A stretch of DNA of 35,596 nt from Pseudomonadota bacterium (GCA_009839635.1 VXPJ01000063.1:1-35596); one strand, 5' to 3'; positions 9,492 through 19,995 are shown, counted from the stretch's first letter. Translations and numbers: made by a program. The notes: generated by a model from the letters alone, not told the origin.

Positions 9492-12400
9492 ATGACTGCT
9501 TTACAAACTCTCCTTGATGATTTCCGTTCCTCTGCGAAGACCGAGCGCGAGAAAGGCAGCTATTTTGAAGAACTGATTGTTCAATATCTTCAAGCTGAGC
9601 CACTCTATCTAGACCGGTACAGTAATGTATGGCCGTATGCCGAATGGGCTAGGGGGGAGGGTAAAGAGTATGGAAGAGGCGCCTCGGATGAAGGCATCGA
9701 TCTGGTGGCAAAGACTCGATGCACAGGTGACTATCATGCCATCCAGTGCAAGTTCTATGACCCCGACCACATCATCGCAAAATCTGACATCGATAGTTTT
9801 TTTACAGCCTCAGGGCAGAAGCCGTTTGTGCATCGGATTATCGTGGCCTCGACCGATAAATGGAATGAAAAAGCAGACAAGGCACTTGAGTATCAACAGC
9901 CCCCGGTCACCAAAATCGATTTAGCGGCATTGGAAGCTAGCTGGATTGACTGGTCGAAGTTTGCGCCTGGCAGAGCTCCCGCACTGAAAGAACAAAAGAT
10001 GCTGAGGCCTCACCAAAAAGAGGCCCTGAAGCAGGTGTGTGGCGGACTAAAAAATGCGGACCGGGGCAAGATGATCATGGCCTGCGGGACCGGCAAGACG
10101 TTCGTGGCCCTGAAAATCGCTGAACAGATGGCAGGCCCGGGAAAGCGAGTGTTGTTCATGGTCCCGAGCCTGGCCTTGATGTCGCAGGCCCTGACGGAGT
10201 GGACCCAGGAAAAAAGCATTCCCATGCACAGTTATGCTGTGTGTTCGGACACGCATGTTGGTAAAAAACGCAAGCGCTCCGAAGAGCGTGTGGAGATGCT
10301 TGTACACGAACTGCGGTATCCGGCTACGACCACTGCATCCAGTCTGGCAGCAGAAATGGAGGGACGCCATGACAAGAACCACATGAGCGTGGTGTTTTCG
10401 ACCTACCATTCCATTGACGTATTGCACAAGGCCCAAAGTGAATATGGGTTGGACGCTTTTGACCTGATCATCTGCGATGAGGCACATCGCACCACGGGAG
10501 CTACCTTCGAAGGTGACGATGAAAGTCATTTCGTCCGGGTGCATGACAATGCGTACATCCAAGGTGCGAAACGCCTCTACATGACCGCCACACCACGCAT
10601 CTATGGAGACGTCTCCAAAGCCAAGGCCGAAGACAGCGAGATCACCCTCTGTTCCATGGATGACAAGAATCTGTATGGCGAGGAACTGCATGTGCTCAGT
10701 TTTTCAGAAGCCGTACAGCGTGACCTGTTGGTGGATTACAAGGTCATCGTGCTGGCTATGGACGAAGCCCATATCAGCAAACGTCTGCAAAACCTGCTGG
10801 CCGATGCGGACAACCAGCTCCGCGTGGATGATGCAGCCAAAATCGTGGGCTGCTGGAAGGCCTTGAGCAAGGAAGACCTGCAGGATGAGTCAGTGTTGGA
10901 TACGACTCCCATGCGACGGGCCGTAGCCTTCTGTCAGGTCATTGAACATCAACCGGGTAAAACCAAAACCCACAAGGTGAGCTCAAAGCACATCGCCACC
11001 ATGTTCCAGCCCGTAGTGGAGGAATACCAAGCGCTGGAGGATACAGCATCCTCTGTGGTGTGTGAGGCTGAGCATGTGGATGGCAGCATGAATGCCAGCA
11101 TCAAGGAATCCAAGCTGGCCTGGCTCAAGTCTGACCCCCCTGAAAATCACTGTCGGATTCTGTCCAATGTGCGTTGCCTGTCCGAGGGCGTCGATGTCCC
11201 GGCCCTGGATGCCGTGCTGTTTCTGACCCCTCGCAACAGCCAGGTGGATGTCGTGCAGTCCGTGGGGCGGGTGATGCGCAAGGCCCCGGGCAAGGAGCGC
11301 GGGTATGTGATCCTGCCTGTGGTGATTCCAGCGGGTGTCCTACCCAATGAGGCGTTGAACGACAACAAGGCGTACCGGGTGGTCTGGCAGGTCCTGCAGG
11401 CACTGCGTTCACACGATGACCATTTTGATGCGTTCGTGAACAAGCTGGACCTGGTGGGTCAGGAGAACCGCAAGATGGAAGTGATTGCCATCACCGACAA
11501 TCTCCAAAAACCTTCAGCTAGGGAGAAGCGTACTGGCAAGGGTCACACCATAGGCAAGCAGGAAAAGACTTATCCCAAGGATGATCAACCCGCTCTCCAG
11601 TTCGAGGTAGGGGACATCGAACGGGCCATCTATGCCAAAGTGGTACAGAAGTGTGGCCGCAGGCTGTACTGGGAAGAATGGGCCACAGATATCGCAGAGA
11701 TTGCCCAAACCCACATCACCCGAATCACCACGATCGTCTGCAATGCAGCCAATGCTAGGGAAGCGAAAGCATTCCAGGCCTTTGCGGATGAGTTGCGGGA
11801 TGACCTGAACGACAGCATCGCGGACGAAGAAGTCATCGAGATGTTGGCCCAGCACCTGATCACCAAACCGGTGTTTGACGCGCTTTTTGAGGATGCCGAC
11901 TTCACGAGCCAGAACCCGGTATCCAAGGCCATGCAGGGTGTGCTGGATGTGCTGCAGGAACATCACTTGGAAAAGGAAGCCGAGACCCTGAACCGGTTCT
12001 ACCAGAGTGTCCGTATGCGGGCCTCAGGTATCGAAACGATAGAAGGAAAGCAGCGTATCGTGGTTGAGCTGTACGACAAGTTTTTCCGCAATGCCTTCCC
12101 GCGCATGACGGAGCGTCTGGGGATCGTGTACACCCCGATCGAGGTGGTGGACTTCATCATCCATTCTGTTAACGATTTGTTGCAGCAGGAGTTTGGGCAA
12201 AGGCTAGGGTCAAAAGGTGTACATATCCTGGATCCATTCGTTGGGACCGGCACCTTCATTACTCGACTGATGCAAAGCGGCCTGATCAAAACGGAAGAAT
12301 TGTCGCACAAGTACAAGCATGAAATTCACGCCAATGAGATTGTATTGCTGGCCTACTACATTGCGGCGGTCAATATCGAGACGGTATACCACAGCCTTGT

Positions 12401-14408
12401 CAGGAAAAAAGGTCTTGCGTATCAGCCTTTTGAAGGAATTTGTCTGACCGACACCTTCCAGATGTATGAGTCCGAGGACTTGCTGGATGCATTCCTGCCG
12501 GACAACTCGGAACGGCGTAAACGGCAGGTGGCCTTGCCCATCAAGGTCATCATGAGCAACCCGCCTTATTCAGCCGGACAGAGAAGTGCTAACGATAATG
12601 CACAAAATATTGCTTATCCATCGTTAGATAAGCGCATTGAGGAAACATACGCAAAGTATTCTGAAGCAGCGAACATACAAAACCTTTATGACAGCTACAT
12701 TCGGGCTATACGGTGGGGCTCGGACCGACTCGGTGATGCTGGAGTGATGGCCTATGTAACCAACGCCGGCTGGGTCGATGGGAATGCTATGGATGGGTTG
12801 CGCAAATGTCTGGTGGAAGAGTTTTCAAGCCTGTATGTATTTCATCTGAGAGGTAACCAGAGAACTTCGGGCGAAACATCTCGAAAAGAAGGTGGCAAAA
12901 TTTTTGGTGGTGGCAGTCGTGCACCAATCGCAATCACGGTGCTGGTGAAAAATTCCAATAGCAAGGAACCAGGCAAAATACATTTTCATGATATTGGGGA
13001 TTATCTCAGTCGCGAGGAGAAGCTCGATATCGTTCGAAAATTTGGAAACATCAAAGGGATAACTGAGCGAGGTGGCTGGCGAACTATTGTGCCTGATGAA
13101 AACCATGACTGGTTGAATCAGGTAGATCCAGACTTTGATCGATTTTTGGTCCTAGGTGAAAAGAAAAACAAGTCAGCGCTTCGAATGTTCAAGAATTTTT
13201 CCTTAGGTATAGGAACTAATCGCGATGCCTGGTGTTACAACGCATCCCGAAAAAAACTTGAGCAAAACATTCAAACGACAATAGACAACTACAACACAGA
13301 ACGGGAAAGGTATATTAAGGCTTCAGCTAACAAAAAGATTGATTTGGATGCTTTTGTTGATAATGACCCTACGAAAATTAAGTGGTCAAGCTCATTGAAA
13401 CAATACCTACAGAGAAAAGTATGTTTGAAGTTTACTGATGGAGAAGCACTGATTGCTACCTATCGGCCTTTTTCTAAGCAGTGGATGTATTACGAACGTC
13501 ATCTTAATCACCGAGTTGGACAAATGCCTAAGATTTTTCCGAATGCACAAGCGGAGAACCGGGTGATTTGTATTACAGGCATTGGTGCTACAGCTGGATT
13601 TTCTGCACTGATGGTAGATGCAATACCAAATCTACACACTTTAGACTCAGGACAATGTTTTCCCCTTAAGCTCTATAAAAAGACAGAAGAAGGTAACGAT
13701 GAAGATTTATTTGTGGGTCAAGACGATACACAGTACCAAGTTCAAGACGGAATCAGCGATGAAGCGCTAGCGCATTTTCAGACGGCATATCCTGGAGAAA
13801 CTATCAACAAAGAAGATATGTTCTATTATCTGTATGGAGTTTTACACTCAGAGGATTATCGCACTAGGTATCGAAATAATCTGATGAAACAACTGCCTCG
13901 GCTTCCTGTAATCTCGGACGTTACGGATTTTCGAGCTTTCTTGGCTGCTGGATATGCATTGACAGAATTGCACCTGGGGTATGAAACTGTCGATCCATGG
14001 CCAGTGACGATCAACGATGGGAAAGGTCTGCCAGATGGCATAGAACCTGAACGTCTATATCGTGTTGAAAAGATGAAATTTGGTAGAGGTCATGGTGCCA
14101 AAAAAGATCGGACCAGGATTGTCTACAATCCCTATATCACAATCTCTGGTATTCCCTTGGAGGCTTATGACTATGTTGTCAATGGCAAGCCTGCCATTCA
14201 GTGGGTGATGGAGCGCCAGTGTGTGAAAACTGACAAGGTCAGCGGGCTTGTAAACGATGCCAACCGCTATGCGATTGAGACGGTGGGAAGCCCCGCTTAT
14301 CCGCTGGAATTGCTACAACGCATTATTCGGGTATCCACGGAAACTTTAAAGGTGGTCGGAGCTCTGAATCCCGAAGCATGTGACCACGGATTAAGAAGGA
14401 ACTCATAA
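9492..14408 (+). CDS. Type ISP (single polypeptide) restriction-modification enzyme, LlaGI/LlaBIII family: Mrr-like nuclease, SF2 helicase, N6-adenine MTase, target recognition domain
   Basis: 1638 aa. N-terminal E...DEGIDLVAK...AIQCK (Mrr-type PD-(Q)xK); MACGTGKT, DEAH, MTATP, QSVGRVMRK (SF2 motifs); LGIVYTP, ILDPFVGTGTF (SAM binding), NPPY (m6A catalytic); C-terminal YRPF...YVVNGKPAIQWVMERQ typical of the LlaBIII-type TRD. Confidence 0.92.
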   Translation: MTALQTLLDDFRSSAKTEREKGSYFEELIVQYLQAEPLYLDRYSNVWPYAEWARGEGKEYGRGASDEGIDLVAKTRCTGDYHAIQCKFYDPDHIIAKSDIDSFFTASGQKPFVHRIIVASTDKWNEKADKALEYQQPPVTKIDLAALEASWIDWSKFAPGRAPALKEQKMLRPHQKEALKQVCGGLKNADRGKMIMACGTGKTFVALKIAEQMAGPGKRVLFMVPSLALMSQALTEWTQEKSIPMHSYAVCSDTHVGKKRKRSEERVEMLVHELRYPATTTASSLAAEMEGRHDKNHMSVVFSTYHSIDVLHKAQSEYGLDAFDLIICDEAHRTTGATFEGDDESHFVRVHDNAYIQGAKRLYMTATPRIYGDVSKAKAEDSEITLCSMDDKNLYGEELHVLSFSEAVQRDLLVDYKVIVLAMDEAHISKRLQNLLADADNQLRVDDAAKIVGCWKALSKEDLQDESVLDTTPMRRAVAFCQVIEHQPGKTKTHKVSSKHIATMFQPVVEEYQALEDTASSVVCEAEHVDGSMNASIKESKLAWLKSDPPENHCRILSNVRCLSEGVDVPALDAVLFLTPRNSQVDVVQSVGRVMRKAPGKERGYVILPVVIPAGVLPNEALNDNKAYRVVWQVLQALRSHDDHFDAFVNKLDLVGQENRKMEVIAITDNLQKPSAREKRTGKGHTIGKQEKTYPKDDQPALQFEVGDIERAIYAKVVQKCGRRLYWEEWATDIAEIAQTHITRITTIVCNAANAREAKAFQAFADELRDDLNDSIADEEVIEMLAQHLITKPVFDALFEDADFTSQNPVSKAMQGVLDVLQEHHLEKEAETLNRFYQSVRMRASGIETIEGKQRIVVELYDKFFRNAFPRMTERLGIVYTPIEVVDFIIHSVNDLLQQEFGQRLGSKGVHILDPFVGTGTFITRLMQSGLIKTEELSHKYKHEIHANEIVLLAYYIAAVNIETVYHSLVRKKGLAYQPFEGICLTDTFQMYESEDLLDAFLPDNSERRKRQVALPIKVIMSNPPYSAGQRSANDNAQNIAYPSLDKRIEETYAKYSEAANIQNLYDSYIRAIRWGSDRLGDAGVMAYVTNAGWVDGNAMDGLRKCLVEEFSSLYVFHLRGNQRTSGETSRKEGGKIFGGGSRAPIAITVLVKNSNSKEPGKIHFHDIGDYLSREEKLDIVRKFGNIKGITERGGWRTIVPDENHDWLNQVDPDFDRFLVLGEKKNKSALRMFKNFSLGIGTNRDAWCYNASRKKLEQNIQTTIDNYNTERERYIKASANKKIDLDAFVDNDPTKIKWSSSLKQYLQRKVCLKFTDGEALIATYRPFSKQWMYYERHLNHRVGQMPKIFPNAQAENRVICITGIGATAGFSALMVDAIPNLHTLDSGQCFPLKLYKKTEEGNDEDLFVGQDDTQYQVQDGISDEALAHFQTAYPGETINKEDMFYYLYGVLHSEDYRTRYRNNLMKQLPRLPVISDVTDFRAFLAAGYALTELHLGYETVDPWPVTINDGKGLPDGIEPERLYRVEKMKFGRGHGAKKDRTRIVYNPYITISGIPLEAYDYVVNGKPAIQWVMERQCVKTDKVSGLVNDANRYAIETVGSPAYPLELLQRIIRVSTETLKVVGALNPEACDHGLRRNS

Positions 14409-14417
14409 TGCAGTCGT

Positions 14418-17400
14418 CTAGACAACCTTTCGGTCCTTAGCAGACCACTGAAAAAATGAACGGTGTATTTGGTCATGAGCTTGGTAGATTCGTTCTCTGG
14501 CAGTATTGTGGAGCATCTCATAACCTTCCATCTTCTTCATCCAGTCCCGTTCTCCCCAGTTGCACCAGACCAGTACTTGGCGTGTATCGGTTAGGTAACG
14601 CCGAAGAAGATCGGCACGGATATATAAAAGACTGTGCCGATCTCCCTTCCACCCGTCCCCGGCCTCTCGATAGAGAGTTCCGGGTTTTCCCTTCGAGTCA
14701 TAGAAATCGATCTCGCGATTCTTGCTCGCTAGGCGAAGACGCTGAATTAAACTGGGTGCTGGAAGATTGAAGTCCGAGAAATCGTTGTGCAAAGAATGGT
14801 AAGACTCCCAGCCAAAGTGAATGTACGGGATTTCAATCCGAATGCCTGGGACGTGACGCATTTCCTGGCTCGGGCCGGATAGTTCGAAAGATAAGTTGCC
14901 CGTCTCCTCTCCTTCGCCAGTCATCAAATTTATTGTGACGTTGATTGGTGGAGTTTTCTCTTTCGTATTCACGCGCACTTGTTGATCAAGCGCTTCCTCG
15001 ATTTGTCGACGGTACCGGCCGTTCCGCTGGCAGAGGTGCCGCGCATAGTTCTGACGACGTCCGGCCTCCCCCGCGTAGAGATAGTGTTCAGTAACTCCTG
15101 AGGGGATCTTGCGATTCCCAGGGTATTGCACCGCAAGGAACTTCTCTTTGAAACTGCGTACATCTTTGCGCGCGATGAGCACTCCACGCAAGAAAGCAAA
15201 GAGCTCTCGATCGTGGCTCTCGTCGACTCCACAAATATGCCCTTCCACTAGCACCCACTCGCCTTGGTGTCCGTTAATCTCCGGGACCACGAGTAGCGGG
15301 CGCCAGTTCGGTGTGAACCCGCCCTCGACCCAGGCTTCAGTAGATACATCCGGATCGCCAAACAAGTCTGGAATTGGCGGAGTCCAGTGGGGTGGGTGCT
15401 TCGGAAAACTTGGATCAACCCCGCAATCGGGTGTTCTCTCCTCCACACGCCAATCCGGCAACTTTCTTTTGGAGTCACGTTCGCCCCACATCTCATAATA
15501 GGCAATCCACGAGTACTTCTTGCCGTACCGATCCACCTTCTTCTCATCGCGTACATTCCATGACGCATTGCTTATCTCGGCATCGATATCTTTGAACTGC
15601 TCTGCTCGGTACCCCAGGTCAAAAATGCGTCGCTCGATCTTCGCGCGGACCCGAGCGTAATCTGGATTCTTGTAGTCGTAGTTACCCCGGTCGGGGATCA
15701 GGCTTCCGATTGTGTAGTTGCCGAAATCCATTTGAATGGCATGACCAATAGCTTCTTCCACAGTTTGATCAGGCGTGCCGTCACTCGCAAATGCCGATGG
15801 GATGTTCGGAAACGGCGCAGCAAGGTTCCGGCTAGCGGTTTTTGGCAGTGCGACGCAACTGACGCGCTGAGCGATCTCGATAATGCCGAGCGCGTGGTCT
15901 CGCGTCAGGGCATGGTGGGTCGCATTGCACGCACGGGGTCCGAACATCTTTTGATAGAGGGTATTTGCCAGGTCCCCTAGCAGGGGCCGAAATTTGGGTG
16001 CTTCCTCCGAGTCCACCAAGGACATGGTTGCCCCGTACGCAGCTGCCAACATGCGTTCCGGCACATAAGGATCATTGAATTCAAGGCTTGTCACGACATG
16101 GGTGAAAAGCACATCGGGAAACCTTTCGCCGATCAACACAAGTGCCTTTGTTGCCAAGTCGCGGTCACTTCGAACGACCGTTGTAAGGACCAGGGAGAGC
16201 AGTACAACTAGCTCTGTCGCGGAGCGCTTCGTCATGTTCGCCTCGTTGAGCTTCCCCGCCCAGGTCAATAGACGGTGAATGGTGGGTGACACGTGCCTTC
16301 GCCGAAGGTATTCGGACCACTGAAGGTCACGGTCAGGCATCGGATAACGCGCCAGAAAATTGTAAAGACGACGTGCGTGGTACGGATGCTTTGGCTTCGT
16401 AGAAACGGCAGCCAATGCGTCGACCATTTGCTCCCACGCCCACGATCCGGCGTTCAGATAACAGTTGATGAGGTGCTGTGTACCCTCGGTGAATGCTGCA
16501 GGGTTGCGCCAAAACATCCCTTCGATGAAAGGGTCGAAGTATGCACTCGGATTCTGGGCTCTTTTAGGCAACACGAAGAACAGTTCACGCTGCTTGGGCG
16601 GAAGTTGCTTTCCCACTCGCTCCGGAAATTCGGTAATCAGCGCCTGCGCCCAGCCCGGCTCTTTGTACTCTTGGCCATATCGGTTTGATATCCTGAAGAT
16701 TTGGGCGAGTGGGGAATTTCCCGTAAAGCTGCGCTTGATCGTCGCAGCCGAAGAAACATCGAGATGCGCTTTCAGCAAATGCCGTGCGATCAAGTGATCG
16801 CTGAATCGTTGATAGGGGAGCCGAAAGACAATCCGTGACTTGTGCCCGGATTGCGTCGAGTACCAGACGACATCCTCTTCGATAAGGCCATTTATTCGTA
16901 GCGCCTCAAGAAGCTGACACCGCTGTACCGGTCTCAATGCCGGGTAGTTGGCGGCGACAATGCGATCGGCCTCCGATCGAAGAACATAGCTGCGCATCTT
17001 CACTGCCATGCACGGCGCAAAGCCGGCAACCCGTCTGTCGGCAATCTGATCGCTTCCCTTCAGCAATCCCCAGCACCCCTTGGTTTTCAGGCCATGTTGG
17101 CACTCAATCAATTTGCCAACACCATTGACAAACGATTCGAGAATATAAGTCATTCCCTTTTGACCTGAGGCTATGCCTGCGAATCCCTGTGCCAACTTGC
17201 TACCTGTAAGGTTTTGAAGTGATTGGCAGATCAGCTTCAGCGTAAGCGGTCGTGAGAATTCTCTGTCCAGCAGCGGCACTTCAGGCAGCAGAAGGTTGTA
17301 GTGCTGGAAGAAGGCGGCTTGGGCGTCAAATTCCTGACCGTCGAAACCGAGGTGTTTGACCTTGTGGAATTTCTCCAAGTCTTTCTGCTTGATCGCTATG

Positions 17401-18311
17401 GTCTCAAACGGTGTTCGGCACGTGACAATCAAACCAATGTGCGGGCGGTCTGCAATGAGCACTTGAAGGGTGGTAACGGCTTTTCGCCATTCACGACGAT
17501 TACCTTCGTTTACACCGTCCAGAATGACGACCGCTCGCTCTGCTTTCTTGCACATCAATTGTTCAAGTCGGTCGAATACCTCAGTTGCCGTGCGCCCTGT
17601 TTCAATCCGGGAACAGATTTCTGTGACAACGCTGCCTTGAAAGTTCTTGGCAAGAACGAGAATAGTGGCTTGGCCTTGACCGATTCGCTCTTTGGTGAAA
17701 TCGCACAGCAGATGTGTCTTGCCCGTGCCCCATTCGCCGCTAACCAAGAGATTCGGATCAGACAGGACTTTGAACGCCGGGCTCTGGGTGTACTACTTCT
17801 CATCTCGCACGATAGCCAAACAGCGGCCGATATCATTCATGTTTCTGCGGATAGTGTTGCGCTCAGACGAGTGCCCGTTATCTCTGTTGGCCCGCTGCAG
17901 CTTGGTCTCTTCCGCACGCCAGTGATCCATATCTGCTAATAGACCGGATTCAATGCTAGAGAGAAGATCCGACCACTCTCCTCCCGCATCTGCTTCGCCC
18001 ATGCGCAGTCGATCCATCATCGGTGACAAGAAGGCGCGTGCATCATCGGCTCGCTGCTTTAGCACATCGGCCCTCTGGCTGCAGTGCTTGGCATGGTCCC
18101 AAGCCTTGGAAAACTGATCGAGCACCGACTGAAATCTCACACGAGCGCCTGCTCCGCAGGCGACGTTCTCGATCGTGATGAAAAGTGATTGGATTTTGAG
18201 ATTCGGCGCGTCAGGATCGATCCCGGGCGTATATCTCTGTCCGGCTTGCTGAATCTGATCTTTGCTGAGCGCAGTCAGTGCTGCCAAGAATGAGTCGTAA
18301 GACGGAGGCAT
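14418..18311 (-). pseudogene. Avs2-like (AVAST) STAND/NACHT NTPase, ~1297 codons, interrupted by one in-frame TAG at 17793-17795 (nonsense allele or read-through candidate)
   Basis: ORFs 17793..18320 and 14418..17747 share a frame, with 45 nt between them. The join reads ...IVRDEK*YTQSPAFKVLSDPNLLVSGEWGTGKTHLLCD. Walker A GEWGTGKT, Walker B VILDGVNE, sensor IVTCR, RPLTLKLIC, and C-terminal DFGNYTI...DRYGKKYSWIA motifs that I associate with Avs2-type proteins. ATG 18311 has an AGGGG RBS 9 nt upstream. The family call is from motif recall. Confidence 0.7.
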
Positions 18312-18486
18312 CGAACGCAACCCCTGATTAGAGTCTTTCTCAATGTAAGTTGATCAATTGTATTAATAAGATTTTCACAAGCTGCAACGGTACCAATTTC
18401 AGATAAATCAAATAGTCAATAGTTTTGCTAGCTCTGAAAAATGCAGTGTGCCTGCGGAGCCAGATATCGCGTCTCGATGCAGACCT

Positions 18487-19995
18487 TCAGCGGTCCTCGC
18501 CCTGGCTGCCTGATTCCGGCTTCATCTGCGGAAACAGGATGACATCACGGATGTTGGGTGAATCAGTCAGCAGCATGACAAGGCGATCCACCCCGATACC
18601 CTCCCCTGCAGTAGGAGGCAGACCATATTCCATGGCACGGACGTAATCGGCATCGTAACTCATGGCCTCCTCATCACCGCTTTCCTTCTCTGCGGCCTGC
18701 AATTTGAAGCGTTCAGACTGGTCCTCCGGGTCGTTCAGTTCAGAGAACCCATTGGCTATTTCCCTTCCGCCCACAAAAAACTCGAACCTGTCTGTCACCG
18801 ATGGATCATTGTCATTTTTCCGAGCAAGTGGAGAAACATCAGTTGGAAATGCCGTGATGAACGTAGGGTCCCGAAGATGTGCTTCGACGGTCTTTTCAAA
18901 GATCTCGATTTGCACTTTGCCAAGCCTGTAGTTTGACTCGATTGGAACTCCCAGTTGCGTAGCTGCCCTTTTCGCACCAGCAAGCGAATCCAGCTGATCC
19001 GAATTCAGTACGGAATTGAAATGCAATATGGACTCTTTCACGGTCATCCGATGAAAAGGTTTGGAGAAATCGAAGGTCTCGTCCCCGTATTGCACAGACA
19101 GCTTACCCAGTACTTCGCTGCAAACCCGACGCATCATCTTCTCGGTGAGGACCATCAGATCGCGAAAATCAGAGTACGCCTGGTAAAACTCCAGCATAGT
19201 AAATTCGGGGTTATGCTGGGTGGACAATCCCTCATTGCGAAAATTCCGGTTGATCTCAAAAACCCGTTCCACGCCCCCAACCACCAGCCGTTTCAGATAT
19301 AACTCGGGCGCCACACGCATGTACAAAGGTCTCCCAAGCGCGTTGTGATAGGTCTTGAACGGCCTTGCAGCAGCACCTCCTGCAATGGTTTGCATCATAG
19401 GTGTCTCGACTTCAACAAATTTACGCCTGACCAGAAATTGTCGCAGGCACCGGATAATTGCGGTGCGCTTTTCCAAGACCTCACGCGAACTCCGGTTCAT
19501 GATCAAGTCGACATAGCGTTGCCGGTACCGCTGCTCCTGATCAGTCAATCCATGGAATTTTTCAGGCAAGGGCCGCAGTGACTTGGTCAGCAACACAGCG
19601 GACTGGATCTTTACATACAGATCTCCCTTGCCGGATTTGTGCACAGGGCCGGTCACGCCCACGATGTCCCCAATATCCCAAGCATCGACATCCTGAACGA
19701 GTGATTCAGATGAACTCTTGCGATCAAGATAGGCTTGTATGCGGCCTGTCATATCCTGCAACACCAGGAAGGAAGCTCGCTTTCCCATGATGCGCGCACC
19801 GATGGCCACACACTTATTCAGCTCAACGAGCTCATCCTTTGATTTCTCCGAAAGCGTGTCCTGCAGATTCCGGGCAAAAGCGTTTCTTCGAAAGTGATTC
19901 GGAAAGGCGGTACCTTTCTTTCTCAGCACATCCAGCTTTGCACGCCTTTGGGCTATCAGCCTGTTCTCGTCCTGAGCCTGGTCTTCTTCCTGCAT
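18487..19995 (-). CDS. lysS: Lysine--tRNA ligase (class II)
   Basis: 502 aa; RYRQRYVDLI, VETPMM, GGAAARPF, APELYLKRL, FRNEG, HNPEFT, YGLPPTAGEGIGVDRL. Confidence 0.98.
   Translation of the reverse strand: MQEEDQAQDENRLIAQRRAKLDVLRKKGTAFPNHFRRNAFARNLQDTLSEKSKDELVELNKCVAIGARIMGKRASFLVLQDMTGRIQAYLDRKSSSESLVQDVDAWDIGDIVGVTGPVHKSGKGDLYVKIQSAVLLTKSLRPLPEKFHGLTDQEQRYRQRYVDLIMNRSSREVLEKRTAIIRCLRQFLVRRKFVEVETPMMQTIAGGAAARPFKTYHNALGRPLYMRVAPELYLKRLVVGGVERVFEINRNFRNEGLSTQHNPEFTMLEFYQAYSDFRDLMVLTEKMMRRVCSEVLGKLSVQYGDETFDFSKPFHRMTVKESILHFNSVLNSDQLDSLAGAKRAATQLGVPIESNYRLGKVQIEIFEKTVEAHLRDPTFITAFPTDVSPLARKNDNDPSVTDRFEFFVGGREIANGFSELNDPEDQSERFKLQAAEKESGDEEAMSYDADYVRAMEYGLPPTAGEGIGVDRLVMLLTDSPNIRDVILFPQMKPESGSQGEDR

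Larger units (their letters stand above)
9320..18486. other. Defence island (Type ISP R-M plus Avs-like STAND) between ygfZ and lysS
   Basis: Two large defence-type genes with AT-rich flanking spacers, between convergent housekeeping genes. No integrase, transposase or flanking direct repeat seen. Boundaries are set by the neighbouring genes, not mapped. Confidence 0.7.

Noticed and set aside
9797-13256. T7 (9797-9803) and A7 (13250-13256) homopolymers in the Type ISP gene as phase-variation tracts
   Set aside because: Too short, the gene is in frame, and a longer run (T8) occurs in housekeeping nagZ.
14418-17747. Treating the 1109-aa ORF and the 175-aa ORF as two independent genes
   Set aside because: They share a frame, are separated by one TAG and 15 sense codons, and the TTG start has no RBS and falls at the Walker A strand.
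17793-17795. Pyrrolysine or genome-wide TAG reassignment
   Set aside because: No pyl genes in the window, and TAG ends prfB, orf20 and DUF1249 at their expected C-termini.
17301-17939. 212-aa antisense ORF spanning the amber site, and other long antisense ORFs (287-997, 10047-10691, 20308-20955, 29558-30298, 33022-33675)
   Set aside because: No motifs; typical shadow frames opposite well-supported genes in moderately GC-rich DNA.
9320-18486. Flanking att or target-site repeats for the island (GTTGATCA occurs in both spacers)
   Set aside because: An 8-bp match is expected by chance, and there is no integrase, tRNA or transposase.
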